Source of the DNA: Octopus vulgaris
Lineage: Eukaryota
Direction of reading: 5' to 3'
DNA length: 64,000 nucleotides
Assembly (NCBI GenBank): GCA_951406725.2
Contig: OX597836.1
Location: forward strand, 30,380,001-30,444,000
In this document: positions 22,174 through 36,383 of the stretch, one piece after another
How positions within the stretch are numbered: position 1 is the stretch's first letter
Layout of the letters: every line of letters begins with the position of its first letter
The notes under the pieces: model-generated
What the model saw: only the letters and a program-made list of their open reading frames with translations
The model's database searches: none
What the model was told of the DNA's origin: nothing
Made by a program: the position numbers and the translations under genes

Positions 22174-24526
22174 TTACACATGTTATCTCACTCTCATTAA
22201 TGAAATAATTTGAGAATAGAGTGGAGTGAACAACGTGATCGCAGAGTACTGAAAGTACAAGTATCACTGAGCTAAACTTGTTACAAGGTTCACAGACAAC
22301 AGGTGGACCTGAGCAGTTGCCAAGTGGTATCCAAGAGATCAGAAAGGGCCAATTGGAAGGCCTCCACAACAATGGGAATATTACTTAGTTAAGTAATTTG
22401 GATCAAGATAGAAAAGAATGGCACAATCAAGACAAAATCAGGTGTGCATTGTAACCAGCATTGAACTCACCCTCCTAGAATAACATCTAATGCTCTGGTC
22501 AATACTGTAATACTGTGATATATATTATGTGAGCAGACGGCAGGAGAAATCTCCAAAAGAACTCCCATCAGACACGTGTTTCAGTCCGTTAGATCCTGAC
22601 ACTCTAAGGAAGACAGGCCCACCTAGGATACAATTCCTAGGTGCCCTCTATTAATAGGCCAACAAAAAAAAAAAAAAAAGAAATTTCTTTCCCTGCTAAA
22701 AACTTTGAACTGAAACAAGTGGCTTTTTGGATACACAGAATCTCTGAAAAATGACATTCGGTTATTACCATCATGGCAAGATTTTAAGATATTGGATCAC
22801 AGAATTTCATTGTCTTTTTTCCAATAAAACAGTTTATGAGGAACGAGGCGTAACGTGCAAACATAGATTGAAGGACTTCCTAAGTCAATTATTTCAACAT
22901 CAACCTCAGAAGGAGAGAAACACATATTTAGCGTGAACATAAAGTGACATAAAAGGGAGGTATTTTTGTATGACACACCATGCAATTACACAGATCTTGG
23001 AGAAGAATGATTGTCATGTTTTGACCAAGCCCATTTGACCATCTTTACTGTTGCCAACACTAAAATATACAGATTCTTGTCTGATGCTGATTTATCAGTA
23101 ACCCTTTGCTAATGTACATATCATCATCATCATTTAACATCCAACTTCCATGTAGGCATGGGTTGGACAGTTCAACAGGATCAGCTATGGTAAAGGATTG
23201 TGCCAAGTTTCAATGTCTGCTTTGGCATGGTTTTTATGGTTGGATGCCATCTTGAATGAAATTCAGGCAACAGTTGAGAGAGCCAGTCATTGGATATGGT
23301 TGAAAAGGAATGACGAAGTCTTCTGATAGGACGGAGAGGTGATGTGTGGATGTGAAGCAGATACTTGTTTGCCTATGTGGCAAGTCAGATCAACACGACT
23401 CCACAATTTCATTGGTGATGATCCTGAAATGGACCTAATATCAAATACTAGTCAGTTGATCCAGTAGGCAGGGCCTCACATCAGTGAGTTGGGGTTGGTG
23501 CACTGTGAAGCTGTCAAAAGGAAGGCCTTAAAACAGTGAGCATTCTCTCCTGATGGCCCCTGAAACCTACTGGCATCTGGTGTTTTTGACTGGCTGCACT
23601 TGCACAAGAGAGCTGTTTCAAAGTTTCTTGATAAGTGCACTTTATAAATGCACATGGTGCTTTTTACATAACATCTGCACAAGTGGGATCACGATGAAAC
23701 TTGCAAGACTAAAAAGCCCTCTTGACAGAGTGGGGGTTTAGTAGGAAGAGATGTGGCTTTATGCTAGGATGGTTTGGAGGATAAAAAATAATAGAGGGAT
23801 AGACAAGATCTTTGTTGCTATAGAGAAAATACTTGGCTACTGTATATTATACAATGGTGGGTGGGAATAATTGAGATAAAACTGGAGAGAGGTTGGTGAT
23901 GAGGGGTTGGAGTGTACCTTCAAGATACAAGCAGGTGAACTGAAGAGAGTGAGAACAGAAGATCAGGAAGGGTGAGAGGGTAAGAGCTGCCAAAATGCAA
24001 AAGGAAAGTGAGAGATGGTGAGAGAAGGAGGTAGGGGTGAATGTAGCGAATATTGAACGAGGGGAGAAGGATGGTTGATAACAAATATGAGTGGGAGGAA
24101 GGTGATAAGAATGAGAGATGGATATCAATAGAAGTGGCTCAGGGAAGAGGAGAAGATGGCTGGCAACGGAGAAAGGATGAAGAGCAGCAGAATAATAAAA
24201 CTTTAAATAAGGTAAGGAAGGAAAAGGGGGAGATGATAGGTGAGTAAAGGTTGCAAGAGAGTGTCATGGAGGGAAATTGTGAGAGATGTAATTAAACTAA
24301 TTTTATGGCATAGAAGGATCAATAAGATGGAACAATGATTGAGGTGTCTAATGTTAGAATTATAGTTGTTGCTATTGTTTATTCCTTGTCAATCATTATC
24401 TAGTAGGCCTATGATGAAAGACATTCCAACCATGACTATCCCATTTTATCTATATTTAGAACAATACTGTCTAGTGTATTGCTTCCTTGATTCATATACG
24501 AGCTGTAGGTAAATGTTGTAGATGAA

Positions 24527-24758
24527 GGCGGCGAGCTTGCAGAATCGTTAGCACGCCGGACAAAATGCTTAGCAGTATTTCGTCTGCTGTTACATTCTGA
24601 GTTCAAATTTTACTGAGGTCGACTTTGCCTTTCATCCTTTCAGGGTCAATAAATTAAGTACCAGTAATGCACTGGGGTCGATGTAATCAACTTAATCCCT
24701 TTGTCTGTTCATGATTGTACCCTCTATGTTTAGCCCCTTGTGGGTAATAAAGAAATAA
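24527..24758 (+). mobile_element. SINE family A, full-length young copy
   Basis: GGCGGCGAGCTTGCAGAATCGTTAGCACGCCGG... through CCCTCTATGTTTAGCCCCTTGTGGGTAATAAAGAAATA. Confidence 0.9.
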
Positions 24759-24832
24759 GATGTTGTTGTCTAGCCAACCTTTAAGCAAAAGCACTCCCAC
24801 CACAACCATCCTGTCTTTTTAACTATCTACAG

Positions 24833-24973
24833 CAGTCATGGGCAAATTGTGGTCAACAGGACTTTCTGAATGGCACACCTATTGAAAAATTACCTTGAAT
24901 TCTTTTTCAGATGATAAGCCATGCCTAATGCAGCCCACTTGTCCAAATAAATAAATATGGTTGCCCATGCTGG
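24833..24973. mobile_element. hAT-type MITE (~140 bp)
   Basis: TIR CAGTCATGGGCAA / TTGCCCATGCTG; TSD-like ATCTACAG / ATCTACAA. Confidence 0.7.
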
Positions 24974-25340
24974 ATCTACAACTACATTTTCTAATACATA
25001 CTTTTTTTTTTATTTAGTTAATGGAATATGAAGATTTGGCTGCTATATCTAGTCAGTTGAACAAATACTTGGAGGAGTCCCCAGTGGCTCATTAAATGTA
25101 TAGCCGAAGAAAGAGGTTAGTTGAATGGCGAATATATAGTTAGACAGTGGAGAGAGAAATGAAATTCTGAATGAACAGATCTCATGAGAGAAAAATACCA
25201 TTACGTTAATAGGGAAGCAAAATTTTGTTTGTGTATGTGTGAGTGAGTGTGGTTAAGAAAGAGTCAAATGCTACACACATTCTTTTCCTCTTGTAAGGGA
25301 GATTGTGAAGCACTGAAATAACACTGTTAACTCTGTGTGT

Positions 25341-25399
<59 letters not shown>

Positions 25400-25787
25400 A
25401 CAAAGAAAGAAAGTAAAAGCCAAAAGTGTCAATTAAGAAAGGGTTATTTAGGTGATAGAGGAAAGTTGATACATAGAATATTGTCAATTAAATTTCAGAG
25501 ATTTGCCTCTTAAAGAATATACTGTAGGTTTGCATTCTGGTGTATCAAATTTCTTCTGTTTCTTTTAAGTAACAGATTGATATCATATCTGTGTATTCAA
25601 GCTCAAAGTTAAGGGTTTAGAAACACAGAAAAAATATTTGCTCTACAAAACAGACTTCCTAACCTCATTGAATTTATTCAAAACTCTAAACCGTAATCAA
25701 CAAATTTTAAATGATGATATATTAATTATTTTGTAGCTTTAAACACCCGTATTATACTGTTAATAAATTTTAAAAATTGAATATTAA

Positions 25788-26007
25788 CCCTTTTGTTACC
25801 AACCCGGCTGAAACCAGCTCTGGCTCTGAGTACAAATGTCGTGTTTTCATAAGTTTGGAATTAAAATTTACCACCAAACCTTAGTCATAATTTATGTTCC
25901 TAACACTAGCTGAAAGATAACTAAGTTATTTTACTAAATTCTTTGTTATATTTAAAGTAATTGAAAGAAGCACAGAGCATCTCAAAATAAATACAGTAAC
26001 GAAAGGG
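25788..26007. mobile_element. piggyBac-type MITE
   Basis: TTAA-CCCTTTTGTTAC...GTAACGAAAGGG-TTAA. Confidence 0.85.
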
Positions 26008-26714
26008 TTAATAATAGAAATAGTGAAATCAATCATCATCATTCCATGTTCATTTAGAATCCATATTCTATGCTGGTATAGATTGGGCAGTTATACAGGA
26101 TCCAACAGAACAAGTTTCTTGCTGTAGGGAAGCTACACAGCTACTCACATTATAGAAAAGAGGGTAGGACTAATTAGTGTGGAACTGTAAGAGCGGTGAT
26201 GAGGTGACAGGGTGGACCCACAAGGAATAAGGTTACCATATAACTTATACCTATATACCACCATTCATGAGCAAGATTTATTCAGTGAGGCACATATGCA
26301 GATCAGCTAAATCTGATGATAATGATCTCTGATTTTGAATCTATAAGTAATATGAACAGACTGAATTCTATACTCGTAAATGTGCATAGGTGTGTACATG
26401 TGAATGCTTGTGTCTGTGATGCAACACATTCTGACAAATGTAATCTAGAGCATAATTCCACAAAGTGATTCATAAATAGTTAATAAGTTAGGATATCAGG
26501 ATATATATACAGCTGAGATATTAGTATATTTACAGCTAAGGCACTAGTCCATATGATAGAAAATATTTTAAACAACTCAGAAAAACTACATCAAATAAAC
26601 ACATCTCAAAAAACCTATTTAATGATGAGGTCAATCCATTTTATCTGAACTGAACTCATAACTTGCTTCAATAATTAGCTTCAATAAATGAGACAGTGAT
26701 GGCAGTTCCTTCAT

Positions 26715-26890
26715 ATCATCATCATCGTTTAACGTCCGTTTCCCATGCTAGCATGATTTGGACGGTTCAACCGGGGTCTGGGAAGCCAGGTGGCTGCACC
26801 AGGCTCCAGTCTGATCTGGCAATGTTTCTACAGCTGGATGCCCTTCCTAACGCCAACCACTCCGTGAGTATAGTGGGTGCTTTTAACGTG
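26715..26890 (-). mobile_element. Family C retroposon 3' part, young
   Basis: Reverse complement of 321-580. Confidence 0.8.
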
Positions 26891-27427
26891 CCATGCCTTC
26901 GTGTGGTTACATAAGCCAGTCCTTGATGCTGCAGGAATTTTCTTCCTGCTGGCACTTAGTAGTTTTAAAGTGAGATCAAATTCACACAATCTGGTCCCAC
27001 TCTTTAGACTTGAAGGTCTGGCCATAGTGGCTCAATGAGCTAAGATAACCATGGTGAGTAGGCAAGCTGTAAGTTTTACATTGGAATAGCCTTCATCTAA
27101 ATGAATTGCCTTACTGGGCAGGAGAGCTGCACCTTCCCTGGAGTTGCTGGAAAAGTGTCAAAGGGGGCACTGGACCACCTGAGGGATTCTATTCTTTTAT
27201 TTGCTGCTGAGGTTGATGTCCTTGCCTTTTCTTTTCCGAAGGTAGTCACAAGGCAGTCATGATTTATGCTTCGAGTTTCTTCTTGGAAATGTGACGGTAC
27301 TAATTGCACATTACTACTTCACAAGTACTACGTGGCTTTTGATTGATCGCTGCTTCAAATGTATCAAGTTATAAAATCATGAAATTTGAGAAATATCATT
27401 TTGGACTTGCTAATCTCTTTTTTTTAA

Positions 27428-27644
27428 TCCTTTTGTTACCATATTTCAAAAGAAATACACTGTTTTTGTTTCAATTAATTTTAAAAATAAAGAAGAATTT
27501 AATAAATAACATTCACTATTAAGCTAGTGTTTGGAACATAAAGTAACATGAAATATGATGGAAGATTTTAATCTAGATCATTTAAATCAGGGAATTGTGT
27601 CACAGAACCAAAAGGTGGTTTAGGGTGGGTTAGTATCAAAAGGG
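27428..27644. mobile_element. piggyBac-type MITE, older subfamily
   Basis: TTAA-TCCTTTTGTTACC...GTATCAAAAGGG-TTAA. Confidence 0.75.
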
Positions 27645-27985
27645 TTAAAGTAAAAGATAGCTCCAGAAAACTCAACTGTTTGCGGGAAAAAAACTAACAC
27701 AGAAATACATAGCATGGGATTGAGACATATATTGCCTTCAACACATATATTTATGTATTGAACGCAACACATGCCAACCAATCTAATCTTAAGCATAATA
27801 CCACAAAGTACTTGAGATATAGTGAACAATAAGTTAGGATATTTAGAGCTGTGACATTAGTCCACTTGCTAAATATGGAACAAAGTTAAGCAACTCAGAA
27901 ATATCACATCAAACAAACATCTGAAAATTCCATAAGTGTGTGTAGGCATGCTTTATTGTACGCACAGACACACATACATACATAC

Positions 27986-28017
<32 letters not shown>

Positions 28018-28100
28018 TGTAACAAGTTAGTATATATGTATGTATGTACATATGTATGCATATGTTTGTGTGTGTGTGTGTGTATGTATGTGTGTGTATG

Positions 28101-28158
<58 letters not shown>

Positions 28159-29829
28159 TGTCAACATATATACATATTTATTCTACTGCTATGAACACAG
28201 GTTTTCCCAACAACCAGTTTTCTCCTTATCGTGCAGCCACTTCTCTGTATTTCTATCGATCCACATACCTTTCAAACATTTTCTCTATCTGCCTCCCTTC
28301 ATACAATTTCTACCAACCAATCCGACATATTCTCTTAATAACTACTTTTGCTATTATTTTCTCTATTTGCCTACCTTTCTTTTGTTGTTTGCATCCATCT
28401 ATCTTTCTAGCATATCCTTCTACCCATCCTTCCACCTTTACATCTAACTGGCTATCCATTTTGCAATCCTTTTATCCTGTTCAATGGCTGTGTAGTAAGA
28501 AGTTTGCTTCCCAACCACATGGTTCCAGGTTCACTTTCAGTGCATGACACTTTATACAACTGTTTTCTACTATAACCCAAGGTCAACCAAAGCCCATGGT
28601 GCAAGTGTGTGTATGTGTGTGTGTATCCTTATCTTGACATCATGTGATATTTGTAAAATGAATATCACTGTTATACAAGCAGTGTCATTTGTTTCCAGGT
28701 CTGCGAGAACATGTCTGGCCATGGGGAAATCTGACATTGCTTGAAAACAAGGAAGAGCATCCAGCCACAAAAAATACCTCAATAAAATCTGTCCAACTCT
28801 TATCTTGACTCTCTTATAAATCTTTCCTTCTCTCCTATCTTACACAGCATCACATGGCCTTTCCCTGTTTCTCATTCTTTTTTTTTAACTGAATGATCAA
28901 TTGGCCAGTTGCCTTTTCCAGTTTTAGTCTTGTTTAATTTTTTTTCATCGCTTCCCCCTCAAGGCCTAGAAGTATGCTACCTTTCCCATTAGCATTACTT
29001 CACACAACCTGTATTAATTTTGTCACTAAACTGAAAGACTGTATATATATTTATTTTATTATCTGGTTTTCCTGTTATCCTCACACCTCATCTTTATTTA
29101 TTGCTCAGTCTACAGACATTTCTTTCTGTTACTGTCCTTGTCTTAACATCTTTCTGCCTTTGTTCATCTATCTTGTCTGCTCATTTGCACTCCAGCAGCT
29201 AACGTTGCTGACACTGCTAAATTAAGCAATATTGTCAGAAGGGGTTGAAATTGTAATGATATTTAGTTAACAACTGATGAGGGATAGAGTGTGTCTGCAT
29301 TCGTGTGTTCTTTTTTTCCCTTTTTTTTAAAATCAAATTTCCTTATTAATCTCTCTGTACCACCTTTATTTTCATTACACATACAGACACACACACACAT
29401 TTATATAAACATGTATACGTGTCAGCATTGGTAATGCTCTCCTGTCGTCAACATTTTCTTGGTTTCTGAAACCCTGAGGCCATTTGCTAGTGAGTCTGAT
29501 TAGTGAAGAGGACTAGTTTGAGTGTATGCAAGTATGTGCATGCATGTGTGTGTGTGTGTATGTGCTTGGGTATGTACATGTATGTGCATGTCTCATGTAG
29601 AAGTGCATCTCGTAAATATTAAAAAAAAGTTATTATTTTCTTGCACAATAGGATGTGATAGTAGTGCTTCATTTCAGTCTGTGAACCATCTTAACTAATT
29701 TCTAGAATAATTACTGCAGACTAACAAGTGTAAGAGTACAGACAAATATGTGACTTCAGCTTATCTCAAAATATTACAATAATATTCGGGTAACACTCTT
29801 TCAGCCGACACATCTATATAATTTTTATA

Positions 29830-30700
29830 TAATAAATATATAATTCTTTTTACAGAAAACACTGTTGCTTCAATATTGGGGTAAGGTTTCAGATCTAACA
29901 GTTGCCCAAAAGGCTACCACTGCTATACTCCACAAAGAAAGAAAGAAACAGTTTTCATAGCAAAAGCTGTTGTTCCTAGAGTCTTGTGCCAAACAATCCC
30001 ATTGGAATATTGTTTAGATGACAGTGTTGCTGAAAATGTACACCAACCTTGAAAGAACTATTTAAAAAAAAAACAAAAAAAAAACAGCATGTTTGGAAAT
30101 ATGGGGAAGATCCATGAACAGAGGTAAGAAATGGTACATCAAAGACTACCAAGTAAAATGTAGAAATTGAACACAATAAGTGAGTACCCAGGACTACAGC
30201 ATGGTTTTTTTCTGGTCAAAGTAAGCTTTGTAACTCATTCAGAAATACAAGAATGCAGTATTTGGAAGTAGACTGGGGGGGATACGGAACCCAGCTCTGT
30301 TTTAAATCCAGCATCAACTACCAACAGTCAGTAATGGTTTGGGGTGCCCTATAAGACATGGATGTTGTATCACAGTGAGCCATAGTCACTGGAACAGCAT
30401 ATCATGCTTCCTTCTGGCAGCCGACAATTGGTGATGTAGAATTTCTGTTCCAGTACAATTTGACATCTACACACAAAACCAAAACAATCATTGCCTGATT
30501 TGTTCGTCATCACATCAATATACTTCCTTAGACCAGGTGACTCACTTGACCTAAACTCCATATAGAATCAATGGTTTATAATAAAAAAAAAAATCAAAAA
30601 AAAAAACAAGAAAGAGCCAACTTCATCCCAGTCAAGATAATGAGCTGGAAGCTGCTATCGAGACATCTAGGGCTTCTATCACACATTAGCTTTGCTGCAG
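29830..30700 (+). pseudogene. Decayed Tc1-family transposase
   Basis: Broken frames give FSGQSKLC (FSDESKF), SVMVWGA, EFLFQYNLTSTH (FQQDxAxxH) and PGDSLDLNSI*NQW (WPxxSPDLNPIENLW), in the correct order. Confidence 0.75.
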
Positions 30701-30956
30701 GCTGGCTTCCTCTATACTACAATGTATTCAGGCAGTGAAGCCATAGAAGCTTTTACCAAGTATTAGCTGACATTCTCTACTCACCTTTCAATTTTTGACC
30801 AACTTGCTCTATTGTAATTTTACAGATAATGAGATATGGATTTACGTTCCCTGCATAGAAACCATAAAAGTTAGCTTACATCAACAATAGACAGGGAATA
30901 GAACAGTTAAGATTTTGTGAATCTAAAACAATAAAAGCATTGAGGCTCTAAGTTAA

Positions 30957-31175
30957 CCCTTTTGTTACCATATTCCTGTTGAAATAGACAGCCTTCATTT
31001 CAAGTACTTTTGAAAATAATAAAGAATTTAATAAAATAACTTTGTCATTAATAAGATAGTGAATGGAACAAATTAACAAATGAATTTTGAAGGAAGGAAG
31101 AGTTAGATCACATTAAAACAGGAGGTTTCTATTTTAGAACCAAGGGCAGTCTTATGTGGGTTGGTATCAAAAAGG
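30957..31175. mobile_element. piggyBac-type MITE
   Basis: TTAA-CCCTTTTGTTACC...GGTATCAAAAAGG-TTAA. Confidence 0.8.
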
Positions 31176-31690
31176 TTAACTGATAACAAATATCCAACTT
31201 TCAAATAATATTCTAATTTTTATGACACACCCAATATGTATGTGTGTAAAAATATATGCCATACACACGCAAATGCACACACACACGATATGACAGTTGG
31301 TTAAAAAGCTAGCTTCATAATCTTGTAGGTTTGGATTCAGTCCCACTGCATGGCACCTTGAGTGAGCGTCTTCTGCAATAACTACAGGCCAACCAATGCA
31401 CTGTGAGTGGAAATGGTAGATGATGTATGAAAACTCACTGTATACGTGTGTACATACATGAACCTAAGTGAATGTTATATTCTACAATGTTTCCACATGA
31501 AATTGTATGAGCAAAATCATTGATGTTACATTGATAACTGCTTGTCAACAAATCACACTGCAGCTCTGCATTTTTGAAGTGGAATATAAAGGTAAGGGTC
31601 AGTGACAGAACTTTCAGCTGTAAAATAATGCTTCAATAATAACCCATCACGCAACCTACATGCAGAAATGGATAATGAATGAATGAAAAT

Positions 31691-31725
<35 letters not shown>

Positions 31726-31783
31726 CTTTATTTATATATACTTTATTTATATTCATATATATACTTTATTTGCTAGAATAGCA

Positions 31784-31830
31784 AAAACTGTCCGATGAAC
31801 GGCAACGTGAAACTCAGAGTAACAAGTTTT
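31784..31830 (+). ncRNA. Minimal hammerhead motif with one core substitution
   Basis: Stem I AAAACTGT/ACA(A)GTTTT; core CCGATGA; stem II ACG-GCAA-CGT; GAAAC; stem III ACTC-A-GAGT; GTA triplet 31819-31821. Confidence 0.65.
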
Positions 31831-31951
31831 GTTGAATTTTCTGCTGCTTTAAATAAAGCATATTACTCTACCACTGGTATTTGAGTACTCTTTTTTCCAC
31901 CTTGTTTCACATTTATGTATTTACTCCAGTATATATATATATATATATATA

Positions 31952-32190
31952 CACGTAAAAGCACCATCCGTTCGTGGCCGTTTGCCAGCTCTGTCTGGCA
32001 CCTGTGCAGGTGGCATGTAAAAAGCACCCACTACACTCACGGAGTGGTTGGCGTTAGGAAGGGCATCCAGCCGTAGAAACACTGCCAGATCTGACTGGGC
32101 CTGATGAAGCCTTCCAGCTTCACAGACCCCAGTTGAACCGTCCAACCCATGCTAGCATGGAGAACGGACGCTAAATGATGATGATGATGA
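31952..32190 (+). mobile_element. Family C retroposon, young copy
   Basis: Near-identical to 321-580; (GAT)n tail. Confidence 0.8.
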
Positions 32191-32411
32191 TACAATATAC
32201 ATATTATTAATAATAATTATTATTATCATTATAATATACAAATGTATATTATATATATTACCATTAGGTTCATCAGACCAATATGATCTTAAGTTCAAAT
32301 TCATCAAACCATGGTTGGGTAGAGAGAATATGCAGAGACCTTCATCTTGCAGTGGACTGAACATGGGCAATCCAACCCAATCATTATATAAAAATGTATA
32401 TTATATATATT

Positions 32412-32458
<47 letters not shown>

Positions 32459-32586
32459 CCTGCTCACTTAGCCAGCAGGGTGGCGTCATTTGAAGGCTAA
32501 AACAATGCGAAACGCATTGTGACCAGCGATGTGTAACAGCATCTGATAGCCTGGTCGGTCACTGTGATATATATATATATATATAT

Positions 32587-32638
<52 letters not shown>

Positions 32639-32783
32639 CTGAAGTAGCACCATGATCATTGCTTTATATCCACTTTTCCATACCAGCATGGGTTGGACAG
32701 GTTTTATACACACATACACATACATTTGTGTATGCGTATGCATATGCACATATTTTTACACATACATGCATGTGTGGATGTGG

Positions 32784-32830
<47 letters not shown>

Positions 32831-33439
32831 CAGAACAAATAGTCTCAGTGAGGTGAGGAATAAAGATAACATGTTCAGAAGACCAGAAGTTATTATAGTT
32901 ACAAAAGAATAAACCGATATAGTAGAAGAGAGGACAGTGTGTTGCTTTGCCGAAGCTGCTGAAGGCCTGGTTATATTTGACAAGATGCAAGCACTCTTAT
33001 ACTAGACTAGGTTATATTTGTGCTTTGTAATCTCAGCTAGGTGTAAGGTATTGATCTATTGATTTATTTACCATATCATTGATTTATGTTCCACTAATAT
33101 ATTATATCTAATTGGTTAACTTCCTTAAATCTGAGCAGCTACCAGCAGTTTTGTACGTGAGAGTTTGAGAAATCCGTTTAAATATTTACCGAGTATTGAT
33201 ATTTTCCTCCCTTCAGTTATCATAAATGGTAATAGTAATAAGATAGTAAAAACATGCAGGATTTTAAGAGCAACTGAATACAACTTGCACAAAAGCATAG
33301 GCATTGCTACATGGTTACTAAGTTCACTATGCAACCAAAAGGTTTGGGGGTTCAGTCTCACATTATGACATCTTCTTCGGCAACATCCTCATTCTGACCA
33401 ATGCTTTGTGAATGATGAAACTTTATGGTAGATGAAACT

Positions 33440-33560
33440 GTGAGTGAGTGAGTGAGTGAGTGAGTGAGTGAGTGAATGAGTGAGTGAGTGAATGAGTGAG
33501 TGAGTGAGTGAGTGAGTGAGTGAGTGAGTGAGTGAGTGAGTGAGTGAGAGAGAGAGAGAG
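33440..33560. repeat. (TGAG)n tetranucleotide microsatellite
   Basis: Directly visible. Confidence 0.95.
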
Positions 33561-33744
33561 TCTGGTGTTTAAGTCAGCCTAAATTTTTTTTACTGTAAAT
33601 TTTCATTTGAAAAATTTGATTTGTATGCCAGAAAACATGGTATTTTAAACCAAAACATTTTCGAGAGAGAAACTTTACAAAATAATTTTTGCCAACAGAC
33701 CACCACTAGTTTTCTTGGACTGCATATGTATACATGGTTGCAGA

Positions 33745-34430
33745 ATCTTTAGCAGAATTGGAGAAGAAATTCCAGGTATGGAAATAAAACCTGGAATCAA
33801 AGTTAACCTATCTAAGACCAAAGTTGTTGTTAGTAAGAAAGAAGATAAAACTCTCTTTCCATCAGGTAAATGGCTCTGCTCAATATGTAGGAAAGGAGTT
33901 GGAAGAAATTTCATTCACTGCACCCGGTGTAAACTATGGGCACACAAGAGGTGCAGTGGAATCACAGGTAGATTAACAGATAAAGTCATCTTTGTATGTG
34001 GCAGATGTGCAGGGACAATAAGCACTAAGAGCACACGAAACTTAGATTCTCTCAAATGCCCAGGAGGCTCTCTTGAGGTTATAGATAGTTTCTGTTACCT
34101 AGTTGACCAAATTAGCAATGGTGGAGGATGCTCTGAAAGTATTGTTTTGAGAATAAGAACTGGGTGGAGGAAGTTCAGAGATGTATTACCTCTGTTGGCA
34201 ACAAAAAGACTCTCTGAGTGAAAGGTAGACTATATGATGCTTGTGCACAAAAAGCTATACTCCATTGTAGTGAGACATTGGCTCTGAATGCAGAAGACAT
34301 GAAGACATGTGTAGACTGGAGAGAAATGAAGGTAGTATGCTCTGTTGGATGTGCAACATCAGTGCACATGTATTGAGCAAAGTGCAAATGTATTGAGAAA
34401 AAAGTTGGGCATAAAAGGAATCAAATGTAG
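33745..34430 (+). pseudogene. RTE-clade LINE fragment with PHD-like finger
   Basis: ORF 33715-34221 reads KVNLSKTKVVV...WLCSICRKGVGRNFIHCTRCKLWAHKRCSGI...CGRC...FCYLVDQI...RIRTGWRKFR; paralogous to 17650-18250. Confidence 0.85.
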
Positions 34431-36383
34431 CAGACCAATGATCAAAAACTAGCTTTCCAATCTCTAGGTATTGTGTACCTAGGAATACATAATGCAATGT
34501 GTACTCCTATTTTTAAGGTAGAGTGTAATTTGAGAGAGAATTTAGATGCTAACTTCTATCAAGTCTCACAATGACATAACAGCTCTGTCATCATCAGCAC
34601 AATCTCAAAATTGTAATTGGCATATCTTGAATAATATATATAAACTGATTCCAAAATAGCATGAATAATATATATATACTGCAAAAGTATCAAACCTCTA
34701 ACACAGAATACAGAGTGACTACAGTCAGTTACTAATGTGAGAGTTTCAATGCAAAGATACCTCACCTATTCTAGGATGAATTTGAAAATATTAATTTCTA
34801 ACATTGGCTCAAAGCAACACAGTTTAATGGCTGATTAAATCACCCCCTAATCCCATCCTAATAGAGTAACTGTTTTAGTATTTTAGTTTTATCAATGCAA
34901 AACTGACTTTTCGTGGTATTTTAATTCAGACTGTGAAAATCTTCATATTGATTTCTAACATTTGCACAAAGCCACAAATCTTAGGAGTTGGTGTAGCCGA
35001 TTTCATTAATCTCCAGGACTTGACTGTTAGAGGACTGTTAAAGGACCAAAGAGGATGAAAGACAAAATTGACTTTGAATGGATTTGAACTCAGAACATAA
35101 AAATGAATAGTAGTAATTTTATTCAGTATTTTGTAATTTTACAGGGAGGAAGTAAGTTGATTGCATTGACTCCAGTGTTCAACTGGTACTTATTTTATCA
35201 ACCTTAAAAAGTTGAAAGCAAAGTTGACCTTGGCAAAATTTGAACTCAGGACATAAAATTGAAAGAAATTCCACTTAGTATTTTGTTTGGTGTACTAATG
35301 ATTTTGCCAGCTTGCTGTCTTTAGAGAGGCAATAAATATATATATAAGACATTTTTTATCATACAGTGAAAAGCTTCAGAACAAATGGAATTAGAATTTA
35401 GAAAGTTTACACTTGTAAATAGCTTTGTGGTTAAGAAGTTTGATCCAAAATTCTATGGGTCCTAGTTCAATCCCACTGGACTTCTACTACTGTAGCTTCA
35501 AGTTGACGAAAACCTTGTGATGGAAAATGAGCAGACGAAAACTGTGCAGAGCCCTTTATATGAACCATATCTATTCTTGGTTGGTAAGCCTAATTTATTA
35601 CCTGAACAGACATTACAACTTTGATGTTTCAATTACTTCAATGTCCAAATGTCGTCTATGTATGTTATTCTTAGTAAGGTCTTGAAAATTGATATAAAAA
35701 ATATGAATGGCCATTGAGCAGAAATTGAGCAGAAATAATGCAGAGTCAAGAGGGATCTTTAGTCTAACCAAAAACATGACAACCTCTTTAGTGTTGGTAT
35801 CATTATAAAAGGGATCCTGTACATTGTCAAGTGGTTAGTGATAGGAAGGGCAGGCTGCCAAAGAAACCATGTTAAAAATAGCGTATGCAGTGGGGTTTGG
35901 TCCTCTGTGTGACTAAGGAGAGCATTCAGATTATTTTAGCTTCCAGATTACTTTGTCAAATGTAATGCTTATTTTATTCACATTGTTTTGGATTAGTCTT
36001 GTATTATCTTGTAGCTTTGAGATTGTGATAATGTGACTCTAGTTTTAGAATGACATAGTAGGAGGTAGGTGTGAGAGACCAGATCAAGCTGGTTTCAACA
36101 CAAAACAGAATATTTAAGCTATATTTGCCTGGTTTAAATGCTAAAGATATTTCGGCGTCATCATTCATCATCTTTTGCTAGTTTCAGTCATTGAACTGCA
36201 GCTATGCTGGGGCACCACCTACAAGGGTTTTATTTGAACAAATCGACCTCAGTACTTATTTATCTTTTAAAACGTAATGCTTAGTCTATTTGTCTCTTTT
36301 TAAACAAACTGATAAATTGCAGGGATGTAAACAAACCAACACCAATTGTGAAGTAGCAGTGGTGTGACAAACACATAAATATA

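Noticed and set aside
22690-22985. Possible DNA-transposon terminal fragment
   Set aside because: No matching second TIR or TSD was found.
23260-23740. Possible LINE coding remnant, likewise 26900-27370
   Set aside because: The composition suggests old TE coding sequence, but I could not read a diagnostic motif.
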